Origin: Prevotella sp.
GTDB lineage: Bacteria; Bacteroidota; Bacteroidia; Bacteroidales; Bacteroidaceae
Direction: 5' to 3'
Assembly (NCBI GenBank): GCA_034183335.1
Contig: JAXFLJ010000015.1
Coordinates: forward strand, 3,300-67,299
DNA length: 64,000 bases
A program made the position numbers and the translations under genes. Shown here piece by piece: positions 40,201 to 48,674 of this stretch (positions are counted from its first letter, which is position 1; each line of letters begins with the position of its first letter). The notes under the pieces were generated by a model. The model was not told the origin of the DNA. It made no database searches and worked only from the letters and a program-made list of their open reading frames with translations.

Positions 40201-40560
40201 AGACAAACCGGTATGGCTATTACATGGTCGGCCATTCTCGGAGCAGGTGCCCGTCTGCGTCCCATTCTCATGACTTCGCTCGCTATGATTATCGGTTTGT
40301 TGCCGATGATGTTTGCTTCGGGCGTCGGCAAGAATGGTAACAGTACGCTGGGAGCAGCGGCCATCGGCGGTATGTTGATAGGAACTATATGTCAGATATT
40401 TGTTGTTCCCGCTCTTTTCGTAGGTTTCCAGAAGTTGCAGGAACGTTTCACGCCCATTCGTTTTGACGACGAAAACACAGATGTTGCTGACGAATTGGGA
40501 CAGTATATACAACGACCTATATATAATAAAGGTATAGAAGAAAAGGAGAAAGAATCATGA
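37285..40560 (+). CDS. efflux RND transporter permease (AcrB/MexB family)
   Basis: About 1090 aa with 12-TM AcrB architecture. MTFTNFIKRPVLSTVISVLIV is the canonical N-terminus. The track start at 37234 is possible but less likely. Confidence 0.9.
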   Translation: MTFTNFIKRPVLSTVISVLIVILGVIGLVSLPVEQYPDIAPPTISVQTMYAGADAQTVKNSVLAPLEESINGVEGMTYIQSQSTNAGMAQITVYFKQGTDPDMAAVNVQNRVTQAQSQLPAEVTKVGVTVSKRQSSQVIMYSITSEDGRYDDQFLTNYAAINIIPALKRVQGVGDVNTFSTMTYTMRIWLKPEVMKQYGLMPSDITAVLAEQNIEAAPGSFGEQSNVAYEYAMRYKGRLKTAEEFGNIIISSGQDGQTLKLKDVAKIELGGQSYAVAMRNNNVPSVMGMVQQVAGSNANQIAIESKKVLEDAAKSFPPGMIYKIDYDVTEFLHASIEEVIFTLVITLLLVFFVVYLFLQDFRSTLIPMIAVPVSLIGTFFFLNVLGFTINLLTLSALLLAIAIVVDDAIVVVEAVHAKLDLGYKSAMRASIDAMNEISGAIISITLVMASVFVPVSFLGGTSGTFYREFGVTMAISIFISALNALTLSPALCAIFLKPKDEEGKERKMSRLDRFHTSFNTAFDKTIERYKGGVRRFINKPILTGITVIVGIAVLVVTMKTTRTGLVPDEDTGVIFCMVSMPPATSAERTQKVINQVDSMLASNPAIQSRSQVKGYNFIAGQGSDQATFIIRLKPFSERPNGFFHKLAGLWEGDGIMRFFVDPRANTSVLGMIYKQTAEIKDAQIIAFPPPMIMGYSLTNAISFSMEDRTGGDINKFYNITQDFLKKLNERPEIQTAQTSWNPNYPQYMVDVDVAKCKQSGISPSVVLATLQGYYGGLYVSNFNAYDKLYRVMIQADAESRMSPDGLKNIYVRTSSGMSPINEYCSLKRVYGPSNINRFNLFTSIAVNASPADGYSSGEVMKAIEETAAESLPTGYTYEYSGLTRSEAESSNATALIFVLCILFIYLILSAQYESYLLPFSVILSVPFGLAGAFLFTQLFGHQNDIYMQISLIMLIGLLAKNAILIVQFALERRQTGMAITWSAILGAGARLRPILMTSLAMIIGLLPMMFASGVGKNGNSTLGAAAIGGMLIGTICQIFVVPALFVGFQKLQERFTPIRFDDENTDVADELGQYIQRPIYNKGIEEKEKES

Positions 40561-41945
40561 AAGCAGTCAATATTATGCTCATGGGACTCCTCGGAGTCGT
40601 TTTCGTGGGATGTAAAAGTCTTTACGGCACTTACGAGCGTCCGGAAGTCAATACGAAAGGGTTGGTTCGCGATGTTACGTCTACAGTCGACACGCTGGCC
40701 GTTTCCGATACGGCGAGCTTCGGCAGAATGCCCTGGCGAGATGTATTTACCGACCCGCAGCTGGTTCGTCTTATTGAAATGGGACTTGAAAACAATCCCG
40801 ATTTGCTCAATGCTGCGCTCAATGTGCAGATGGCCGAGGCACAACTTAAAGCTGCCAAGCTGGCTTTCTTACCGCAGTTTGTCTTCTCTCCGCAGGGAAC
40901 GATTGCCTCATGGGACGGTGGAAAGGCTTCGCAGACTTATCAGTTGCCCATCTCGGCCAGTTGGAATGTAGACCTCTTTGGCAACCTGCTGTCGCAGAAA
41001 CGAAGCAATCAGGTGGCTCTGATTGCTACCAAAGACTATCAGACGGTAGTTAAGAGCAACCTTATTTCGGGTATAGCCAACCTGTATTACACCTTGTTGA
41101 TGCTCGATCGCCAACTGGAAATCCTCCAAGACATGTCCAAACTCACGAAGGAGACATGGGAAACGATGAAACTTCAGATGGAGTTTGGCCGTGTACGTGC
41201 CACAGGCGTGCAGACGGCAGAGTCAAATTATTATTCGGTTCAGACGCAAATCGTCGATATGAAGCGACAGATACGCGAAGCCGAGAACTCGCTTTCGCTT
41301 CTCTTGGGACAACCGGCGCAAGCCATTGCAAGGGGGACGCTCGAAGAGCAGAGCCTGCCAGCTGACCTTTCTACAGGCGTCGGGATTTCGTTGCTGGCCA
41401 ATCGGGCAGATGTTCATTATGCCGAAATGAAACTTGCACAGTGTTTCTACAATGTGCAGACGGCTCGTTCTCGCTTCTATCCCAGTCTCACTATTACCGC
41501 TACGGGGGCTTTTACCAATAGTGCTGGAGGTGCGGTCATCAATCCCGGTAAGATGCTTCTTTCCGCAGTGGGCAGTCTTGTGCAGCCCATCTTCATGAAA
41601 GGACAGCTTGTTGCCGGCTTGAAAGTGGCCGAAGCGCAATATCAGCAGGCTTTTAATACATGGCAGAACACTGTTCTCAAGGCTGGAAACGAGGTGAGCA
41701 ATGCTCTTGTTGTCTACCATTCTTCAGACGAAAAGAGCCGATTGGAGGCTACTCAGATTGCTATCTTGGAAAAGAATGTGGAAGATACCCGCATGCTGTT
41801 CAACAGCTCTGGAAGTACATATCTCGAAATCATCACTGCTCAACAGAGCCTGCTCAACGTGCGCTTGTCGAAGGTTGTGGATGATTTCAGCAAGATGCAG
41901 GCCGTTGTAAACCTCTATCAGGCTCTTGGCGGAGGTGTCAACTGA
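40557..41945 (+). CDS. efflux transporter outer-membrane factor lipoprotein (NodT/OprM family)
   Basis: Lipobox VFVGCKS and a two-repeat TolC-like layout. Its start overlaps the permease stop (ATGA). Confidence 0.9.
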   Translation: MKAVNIMLMGLLGVVFVGCKSLYGTYERPEVNTKGLVRDVTSTVDTLAVSDTASFGRMPWRDVFTDPQLVRLIEMGLENNPDLLNAALNVQMAEAQLKAAKLAFLPQFVFSPQGTIASWDGGKASQTYQLPISASWNVDLFGNLLSQKRSNQVALIATKDYQTVVKSNLISGIANLYYTLLMLDRQLEILQDMSKLTKETWETMKLQMEFGRVRATGVQTAESNYYSVQTQIVDMKRQIREAENSLSLLLGQPAQAIARGTLEEQSLPADLSTGVGISLLANRADVHYAEMKLAQCFYNVQTARSRFYPSLTITATGAFTNSAGGAVINPGKMLLSAVGSLVQPIFMKGQLVAGLKVAEAQYQQAFNTWQNTVLKAGNEVSNALVVYHSSDEKSRLEATQIAILEKNVEDTRMLFNSSGSTYLEIITAQQSLLNVRLSKVVDDFSKMQAVVNLYQALGGGVN

Positions 41946-41975
41946 CAAATACTAATTCATTAAACAGAAGATAAT

Positions 41976-42752
41976 ATGTACGAGATCAGTCCAAAGGCCG
42001 ACGTTTCGCCCAAGGCGATTATCGGTGAAAACTGCAAGATATATCCTTTCGTCTACATAGAAGACGATGTGGTCATCGGCGACAATTGCACCATTTACCC
42101 GTTTGTCAGCATACTCAACGGCACACGCATGGGCAGCAACAATCAGGTATTTCAGAACTCGGTGCTGGGTGCTTTGCCGCAAGATTTCAATTTCAGGGGC
42201 GAGGATTCGCAACTGATAGTAGGCAACAACAATATCATCCGTGAAAATGTGGTCATTAACCGGGCCACCCATTCTGGCGGAAAGACTGTCATAGGCAACG
42301 ACAATATGCTGATGGAGGGAGCGCATATTTCCCACGACACGAAGGTAGGCAACGGTTGTATCTTCGGATATAGTACAAAGATTGCGGGCGACTGCCTCAT
42401 CGAAGACCATGTGGTCTTTTCTTCGGGTGTCATCGAGCATGCCGGTTCGAGAGTGGGAACGGCTGCCATGATACAGGCCGGTGCAGCTTTCTCCAAAGAT
42501 GTTCCGCCTTATGTCGTCATTACGCCCGACGGAGAATATGGAGGCATTAATGTTACCTTGTGCCGCCATTTGGGAATAGGCGAGAAGGCCATTAAACACA
42601 TTTCCAACGCATATCGCCTTGTATTCCACGGTCAGACGAGTTTGTTCGATGCCGTGTTGCAGGTGAAAGAGCAAGTGCCCGATGGTGAAGAAGTACAACG
42701 GATTGTGCGTTTTCTTGAAACGGTAGAAAAGGGACTTATCGATAAGATATAA
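41976..42752 (+). CDS. lpxA: acyl-ACP--UDP-N-acetylglucosamine O-acyltransferase (LpxA-type)
   Basis: Left-handed beta-helix hexapeptide repeats, a GAHISHD catalytic-His region and an alpha-helical C-terminal domain. Confidence 0.8.
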   Translation: MYEISPKADVSPKAIIGENCKIYPFVYIEDDVVIGDNCTIYPFVSILNGTRMGSNNQVFQNSVLGALPQDFNFRGEDSQLIVGNNNIIRENVVINRATHSGGKTVIGNDNMLMEGAHISHDTKVGNGCIFGYSTKIAGDCLIEDHVVFSSGVIEHAGSRVGTAAMIQAGAAFSKDVPPYVVITPDGEYGGINVTLCRHLGIGEKAIKHISNAYRLVFHGQTSLFDAVLQVKEQVPDGEEVQRIVRFLETVEKGLIDKI

Positions 42753-42784
42753 GTTCTTGCAACCATGCGTAATTGAAATAAGTG

Positions 42785-42828
42785 AATCGGCCTGACGGAA
42801 CATACCCTGTCAGGCCGATTTCTTTGTT
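42785..42828 (+). terminator. intrinsic terminator after lpxA
   Basis: AATCGGCCTGACGG / CCTGTCAGGCCGATT followed by TCTTTGTT. Confidence 0.7.
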
Positions 42829-42875
42829 GGTATCTTGGCTGCTGTCTTCCCTCGCCGTAGCACCCTCGTTCAATA

Positions 42876-43079
42876 GTGTTAAACACTCTTGCCCATAGGT
42901 GTTAAACACCCTTGCCCGTAGGTGTTAAGCACCCTTGCCCGTAGGTGTTAAGCACCCTTGCCCATAGGTGTTAAGCACCCTTGCCCATAGGTGTTAAGCA
43001 CCCTTGCCCATAGGTGTTAAGCACCCTTGCCCATAGGTGTTAAACACCCTTGCCCATAGGTGTTAAACACTTACTATAG
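42876..43079. repeat. 23-bp tandem array (8 full units plus 1 degenerate unit)
   Basis: The unit GTGTTAAGCACCCTTGCCCATAG repeats head-to-tail with no spacers. Edge units carry A/G variants (AAAC vs AAGC, CCGTAG vs CCATAG). Each junction forms the near-palindrome GGTGTTAA(A/G)CACC. Confidence 0.95.
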
Positions 43080-43080
43080 G

Positions 43081-43128
43081 TCTAAAAACAGAAGCCATGC
43101 TATGAGAAAAATAGCATGGCTTCTGTTT
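43081..43128 (-). terminator. intrinsic terminator after the T9SS adhesin gene
   Basis: Perfect 18-bp stem AAACAGAAGCCATGCTAT / ATAGCATGGCTTCTGTTT, with TTTT following on the minus strand. Confidence 0.8.
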
Positions 43129-43147
43129 ACTGAATATGTGAATGGCA

Positions 43148-46100
43148 TTACATGATGATGATCTTTCGATTATCTGAGGTAACGTAAATACCTTTCTTGA
43201 GCCCGTGAGTGTTGGTTGTATTACTCTTTACTCGTGTTCCGTTCACTGTATAGATGTCAAATGGCTTGATGCCATTGCCTACTTTTTTTACGCCAGTGCT
43301 GATAGACCATTGTACCGGAGTAGATTCCGTACCATTGGCGTAGAGAGCCGTTACGGCATAGTTCTTGTCTTTGTATTGGTCTATTGCCCCTTCTAAGGCA
43401 ATGGAAAAACTGGAAGTATCTCCTTCTACATATCCAATTTGTTTTTTCTCACAGTAGATATTATAGCCCGTCGGCGCACTGCCGGCTGCGGTGTATTTGA
43501 TGTCATCAACCATAAGAGCAAAACCATTGTTGGTAGTATGGCGAATAGCAAAGTATTTCGAACCGTTGGGGATGTCAAACATGACTGACTCAAAGTCTTT
43601 GCTTTGTGATGGTGTCTTCACTATTTTCCATTCATCGACTTTCTTGAAACTGAGGAACTCTCTCGAGCTTGTGGAGTATAGCAATTCAATTGTTTCAGGT
43701 TTTTCTTCGGGAGTGGGGCGTGCTGCGTAAAACGTTACGGTTTGTTCTACTCCCGGAAGTTCTGGTGATATCAGCCAGTGATTGGTATTGGGGAACTCAG
43801 TTGAGCCTGATGCCGGGCCGGAACAGAAGCTAACCATCATTTGGCTTCCGCTGTGTGGTGTCCAGCCAGCATAGTTGATATTGGCTTTCCCCGGATTAAA
43901 GACGATGAAAGAATACGCCTCTCCTGCATGTGGGAATGGAAAGTTCTGTATCTGGTATGTATTGTTTCCGTTTAGATCATACATTGTCCATTGTCCTACA
44001 TTTTGGATGCTCCACGGCGTATATTCCTCAAACGTTTCTGTAATATATTCGGTCGGATTGGATGGAGCTTCCCATCTAAGTTGAATGCTTTCATCTGTGA
44101 CGGAACCTGTCAAGTTTTCCACAGGAGTTGCCACAGACTGATTGAGTTGTACAACTGCGTTTGCCACGTTGTTGTCTGTTGCCTGATCTGCTCTGTATTC
44201 TACACTCGCTTTTAGCTTGAGGACATTTTCTTCCTCAAATACGCTGATGGGTATCTCGACCTCATACGAAAGCGGAGTGCTGTATGGTTCAATGGTCATT
44301 CCGTTCAAGACCTTAAATTCTTGTTCATTCAGCATCACTTTTATTTGATAGTCCGTTGCAGTTTCTACACCGATATTGGATACATTGACCGGAACTTTTA
44401 ATAGTGAACCTTTAGAAACGTCCTCTTGCACGTTCATTGATATGGCCAAATCGTGACCGAGAGCATTGCGTACAGCGATTGCGTCAAGGCTAACCTTGTC
44501 TGTCTCTGTTTGCCCGTTGTAGACAAACTGTATCGAAATATAGCGTTGTGGCTTCAGTGAAGACAGGTCAATCTTTTCTGTTTTCCAACCTCCTTGAGCA
44601 TCTGTTGCTCGATAGTCGATGTCTTTCAGCAACACCTTATTTCCGTCTGGACACAGTGCATAGACTTTGAGAGTAGCCTGAGAACCCTCATTGCATGAAT
44701 GTGCAAAAGAGAGAATGGGATGATCTGCATCAGGGAATGTGATTTTTGACATACCTAAAGCTCCATTCTTAAGCTCTCCCTTAAAGGTCAGGCATCCATT
44801 GTCTCCGTCAACAGATTCGTCCGTTGAAATAATGATTTCTTGCTTGTTCTTCCACACAAAAGTTTGAGCTGCACCCGCCTTAAAACTTTCTTCGTAAGGA
44901 AGTGTTTGCGGAGAACCCACTACGAGACTTGCAATAGAGATTTCGCTTTGGTCAGTTGCATTAGAAGCAAAGACTCCCCAGTGTTTTACGGTTTGCTCTC
45001 CTTCGTCTGTATTGATATTGATTGTGTATGAAGTGTGGCTTATTGAGTCAAGTTCATTGCCCAGATACCCTCCTTCTGTTATATTATAAATAAGATATCC
45101 TAACTGATTGCCTAACACGCCTTCGTTGATACCGCTTGTAACGGCATCCCATGAAAGTGTAATAGCATTCTGGCTATCCGTAATCTTTATTGGGCGTGGG
45201 CTTTTCGGGATGTCAATTCCGGCAAATCCAACGACCACGGCTTTCTCGCCTGCTTCATGCTCATTGTATGCAATAAGACTGTATGCATTCTTGCCTTTAG
45301 CGGCTTCGCTGTCAGAAAAACTCAGCTCTTGCCCGACTGAAGGTGCATGGAAAGTCTTGATGATGTCGTTTCCACGGCGAAGCTCAATCCTTTCAATGCT
45401 TTGTAGAGGCGAACCGTCAGCAGTCTTGGTAGGGGTTGTAAAGGCGATATTGATGATTTCTAACCCATCCGCTTGTGGAATAGCCCTCAGATTGTTTACC
45501 CTGCCAGGAGCTTTGCCATCGGGTATGATGTCTACTGTGATACTGTCTACGTAAAGTAAGAATTGTGCAGGTTTGCTGATGGCATGAAATCCGATGTAAG
45601 CATTGTAGTCTTTTTCAGCCTTGATGATGTGAGCATACTCTTCAAAGGTGTCGTTTTTAATGTCTGTTGGTTGAAGAAGAGTTTCTGTCATGTTTTTCAC
45701 GGAAGGAGACTCGCCAAGTTTCACTTCTATGCGCTCCGTAAACTTCTTGCCGTCAGCACCACGCACAAGGTATGCTACCTTATAAGACTTACCCTGCTTG
45801 AAATGCAATGGTGGCGTAATCAGCCAGTCATCAAGTGGTTCGGAGGAGCTCCAGTTACAACGTACAGCTTCAAAATCCTTTGCCCATGTCCAGTAGCTCT
45901 TGTCGTTGTTGGTATTGATAACAGAATACTTGTCCATAGATGTCTTGTCTTTGAATGGTTCAAAGTAAGGCAGTTCGGTAGCGTTTCCAAAGCCGAAAGG
46001 ATTGGAAGAAGCGGCATTGCTTGAGAATTTCTCGTTGACGGCTACCACTTGATAAAGGTAAGCTTTGTATTCTTCTCCTTTAATAAGGGTTTCGGTAAAG

Positions 46101-47563
46101 GTTAGATTTTGCCAGCCTGTAGCAACTTTGTAGCTGTTTTTACCCACAATACGATAGATATTGTACTTCATGTTTCCCACATAACCGTCATGTACACCAA
46201 CTGTCGGGGCTTTCCATGTCAAGGTTGCTGTGCCATTGTTGTCTATTTCGAGTACGACATCTGTAGGAGGAGTTGGCGTATCAATACCTACCCATTTCTC
46301 GATTTTGGCTTTGGGACTTTTGCCAATGCTATTGCTGATAGTTACATAAAACTTAACCATTCCCTCAGGTAGGTTTGTCATGTTGACTATGATGTGCTCA
46401 CCGGGAGTAATGTTGCTGCCGTTTGCAATCTCTGTATTGTTTGCATGTACGGTATACGATAACTTTTCGTTACCCAAGTCTTGTCCGTTGTATGTCTTGG
46501 TTGGTACCGTAAAAGCAATTGTTCCGCTATTTGCGCCATTGTTTAATTGAACATCTAAGTTGGTTGCAGCATCGGGGGCTCCTTCTTTGGCAAATGCGGA
46601 CGGAATGGTAAGAGCATAAATCTGTTCTGGCATTTCAGCTTTCTTTTCAGCACGGCCAGTATTTAGGTCTACAATATATAAGCCTGCATTCCCCTCTGAG
46701 TCGACTGCCGTCCAGTAAAAAGTGTTGTCTCGCTGGTCTATTTCTCCGCTTTGCCCATAGGTCTTTCCATTGGAATTAGGTATTGAAAGAGAAACACCGG
46801 TTGGTCCAATCTCTGTTTCTGCTCCGTTTGCAATGTTTATGGAGTAAAGTTTACCATCTACAGCCACGCCATAAAGCTCATTGTTGCTTGTAATGCCCAG
46901 TGCCACGTAAGCTTGTGCGGCATTGCCTATGCTCGTTCGGGTCATAGTTTTGAAGTCAGCTATTCCCCATTCGAGGGCATCCATCGCCTCATTCTTGTAG
47001 AAAAGACCATATACAGTTCCATCAGCTGCCTGTGCCGTTTCCAAGGCAATCATCTCGTTTCGGTCGTAGAAGAACTGTGGCTTCTCCACTTCGTCCCATG
47101 TTTGTGCATCGTATGCGTAGCGATTGAGGTAAACGAAGCCATAATCCTCATAGTCAGAGAAGTCTGCGTCTAATCCGTAGAACACTCCGTCATGTTGTGC
47201 AGAACCATTGCGGGAGATGGGCTGCTTCTGTGAAGATAGCTGGTTGACTGTTGACGGAGATGCAGTATTAAAACCATACATGCCATATTGTGGATTGTCT
47301 TGCTTCCAGTTCTTAGACAATACCACGTTGCCCCACAATGTTTTGCCAGCAGGAGATTCTTTGTGAGCAACTGTCAATGTTGGTTTGACGTCTTTGCCAC
47401 GAACCGGTGGGGTGAGCCCTAATCCATGTTTGAGACAAAACGGCGTGTTTTCACCTGTTCTTCCCATTTCTTTTACAGACAACTGGCCTCGATTTTGTGC
47501 GAAACCACTTGTCGATAGTGCCAGCATGAAGCAGCACAAAAGCAATAATTTGTTTTTCTTCAT
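43148..47563 (-). CDS. 1471-aa T9SS-sorted surface protein with repeated cleaved-adhesin / choice-of-anchor-J-like domains
   Basis: Signal peptide MKKNKLLLLCCFMLALSTSGFAQ. Three blocks contain DDWLITPPL / HWLISPEL-type motifs, with Fn3-like linkers. The C-terminus ...FDIYTVNGTRV...LKKGIYVTSDNRKIIIM resembles the Por/T9SS sorting domain. Confidence 0.75.
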   Translation of the reverse strand: MKKNKLLLLCCFMLALSTSGFAQNRGQLSVKEMGRTGENTPFCLKHGLGLTPPVRGKDVKPTLTVAHKESPAGKTLWGNVVLSKNWKQDNPQYGMYGFNTASPSTVNQLSSQKQPISRNGSAQHDGVFYGLDADFSDYEDYGFVYLNRYAYDAQTWDEVEKPQFFYDRNEMIALETAQAADGTVYGLFYKNEAMDALEWGIADFKTMTRTSIGNAAQAYVALGITSNNELYGVAVDGKLYSINIANGAETEIGPTGVSLSIPNSNGKTYGQSGEIDQRDNTFYWTAVDSEGNAGLYIVDLNTGRAEKKAEMPEQIYALTIPSAFAKEGAPDAATNLDVQLNNGANSGTIAFTVPTKTYNGQDLGNEKLSYTVHANNTEIANGSNITPGEHIIVNMTNLPEGMVKFYVTISNSIGKSPKAKIEKWVGIDTPTPPTDVVLEIDNNGTATLTWKAPTVGVHDGYVGNMKYNIYRIVGKNSYKVATGWQNLTFTETLIKGEEYKAYLYQVVAVNEKFSSNAASSNPFGFGNATELPYFEPFKDKTSMDKYSVINTNNDKSYWTWAKDFEAVRCNWSSSEPLDDWLITPPLHFKQGKSYKVAYLVRGADGKKFTERIEVKLGESPSVKNMTETLLQPTDIKNDTFEEYAHIIKAEKDYNAYIGFHAISKPAQFLLYVDSITVDIIPDGKAPGRVNNLRAIPQADGLEIINIAFTTPTKTADGSPLQSIERIELRRGNDIIKTFHAPSVGQELSFSDSEAAKGKNAYSLIAYNEHEAGEKAVVVGFAGIDIPKSPRPIKITDSQNAITLSWDAVTSGINEGVLGNQLGYLIYNITEGGYLGNELDSISHTSYTININTDEGEQTVKHWGVFASNATDQSEISIASLVVGSPQTLPYEESFKAGAAQTFVWKNKQEIIISTDESVDGDNGCLTFKGELKNGALGMSKITFPDADHPILSFAHSCNEGSQATLKVYALCPDGNKVLLKDIDYRATDAQGGWKTEKIDLSSLKPQRYISIQFVYNGQTETDKVSLDAIAVRNALGHDLAISMNVQEDVSKGSLLKVPVNVSNIGVETATDYQIKVMLNEQEFKVLNGMTIEPYSTPLSYEVEIPISVFEEENVLKLKASVEYRADQATDNNVANAVVQLNQSVATPVENLTGSVTDESIQLRWEAPSNPTEYITETFEEYTPWSIQNVGQWTMYDLNGNNTYQIQNFPFPHAGEAYSFIVFNPGKANINYAGWTPHSGSQMMVSFCSGPASGSTEFPNTNHWLISPELPGVEQTVTFYAARPTPEEKPETIELLYSTSSREFLSFKKVDEWKIVKTPSQSKDFESVMFDIPNGSKYFAIRHTTNNGFALMVDDIKYTAAGSAPTGYNIYCEKKQIGYVEGDTSSFSIALEGAIDQYKDKNYAVTALYANGTESTPVQWSISTGVKKVGNGIKPFDIYTVNGTRVKSNTTNTHGLKKGIYVTSDNRKIIIM

Positions 47564-47958
47564 AAGTTAAAGATAAGATTAATGTTATGTATTATAACCC
47601 TACGTATTGCATGATTGGGTTCACGACCTCTCTGTCGTTTCTTTTTTGTACCTCAAAAGATTGCTTGACGAATGCACACAGATTGTCTCTGTGGCACTCT
47701 TTTAACCTATCTACAAATATAATTTCGCTAAGACTGTATGCAATTAATACACAAAACTGCTGCAAGTATTAAGCAAGTATTTTTTTCTGCACGGACAAGT
47801 GTAATGGTTCAATCGAATACTGACCCAACGAAAAATAGTCAAACAGTTTGTGTTTGACGTGTGTAGCAAAGTTACAAATCAATAATGAGAAAAAGAAATA
47901 TTTTTTCGTTATTTGCTCATTTCTTAGCAAATTTACTTCAAAAAAGGAGAAAAACGGC

Positions 47959-48024
47959 TTGCAAAAGGGATTTTTCACCTTGCAAAAGACCATTTTTTGT
48001 CTTCCAAGAGCTGGTCTTTTGCAA
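47959..48024. promoter_or_regulatory. three TTGCAAAAG sites (two direct, one inverted) upstream of the T9SS adhesin gene
   Basis: TTGCAAAAG at 47959-47967 and 47980-47988, and CTTTTGCAA at 48016-48024. TTGCAAAAGACCA (47980-47992) and TGGTCTTTTGCAA (48012-48024) form a 13-bp inverted repeat. Confidence 0.4.
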
Positions 48025-48128
48025 AAATGAGGATGGAAAGCAGGTTTTTTGCTTCTTGAAAACCGTTTTCCCTTTTTTTCTTTCAACATTTCTTACCGAC
48101 CGTTTTTCTCTTTTTGATTAACGATTAA
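48006..48128 (+). repeat. family-3 intergenic repeat, copy 1
   Basis: About 70 percent identical by eye to 63236-63358 (CAAGA..TGGTCTTTTG.AAAAA...GAAAACCGT...TTTCAAC...TTTTTGATTAA). Confidence 0.6.
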
Positions 48129-48337
48129 ATTGTTGGCCTGTATGGTTTTTGCCGATTGAAAACAGGAAAAGTCAGAAGACTGTTTTGACTGTGGGCAACC
48201 TGTGCCGCAACATCTTTATTCTGTTGGTTGGAATGCACTTGTGTACTTAATGCCTCTGAAAAACCTTTTTATCGAAGAAAAATCATGGCAAGCCGACTGA
48301 TGTTGAAGCTTTTTCTAAAGGGTGGTCAGAGGCAGAG

Positions 48338-48658
48338 TCAGACCATTTTCAGCCCTACGATAGAGGCGATCAACGTGGTGATGAAAAACAAACGGATAAA
48401 AGAGACAGGCTCGTGCAGGAAGAAGATGCCGAGCAACACTGTGCACACAGTTCCTATGCCTGTCCACACGGGATAGGCAATGCCGATGGGCAAAGTCTGT
48501 ACGGCCTTGGCCAGTAATAGCATGCTGATGGCTGTACACACAATAAAGCCTGCGCCCCAAAGGTAATATTCGGTTCCCTCTGTTACCCTCATCTTGCCCA
48601 GACAGAAAGCAAAAGCTGACTCAAAGAGGCCGGCTATAATAAGTATAATCCAATTCAT
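48338..48658 (-). CDS. sugE: SMR-family exporter (SugE/Gdx type)
   Basis: 106 aa with four TM helices and a conserved Glu in TM1 (IIAGLFESAF). Start set at MNWIILII (48658). The 58-aa extension in the track overlaps luxS and is rejected. Confidence 0.8.
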   Translation of the reverse strand: MNWIILIIAGLFESAFAFCLGKMRVTEGTEYYLWGAGFIVCTAISMLLLAKAVQTLPIGIAYPVWTGIGTVCTVLLGIFFLHEPVSFIRLFFITTLIASIVGLKMV

Positions 48659-48674
48659 AAAAGCAATTTTGGTC

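Noticed and set aside
41952-42803. 283-aa antisense ORF across lpxA. Similar long shadow ORFs are 5368-6270(+), 7871-8752(+), 19517-20272(-), 31948-32901(-), 22150-22677(-), 13018-13686(-) and 50495-51136(-).
   Set aside because: Each lies entirely inside a well-supported gene on the opposite strand. Each has an atypical composition (His/Cys/Arg-rich) and no family resemblance.
42876-43079. Possible CRISPR array (regular 23-bp repeats); the 44-bp units at 4572-4703 raise the same question.
   Set aside because: The units are directly adjacent with no unique spacers. The repeat length is below typical CRISPR repeats, and no cas genes are in the window.
47564-48337. Invertible (phase-variable) promoter for the T9SS adhesin gene.
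   Set aside because: The only inverted repeat found (13 bp at 47980-47992 and 48012-48024) encloses just 19 nt and does not bracket the candidate -7 box. No recombinase gene is nearby.
48659-48674. Guanidine riboswitch in front of the SugE/Gdx-type exporter.
   Set aside because: Only 16 nt separate it from luxS, so there is no space for any known guanidine riboswitch class.
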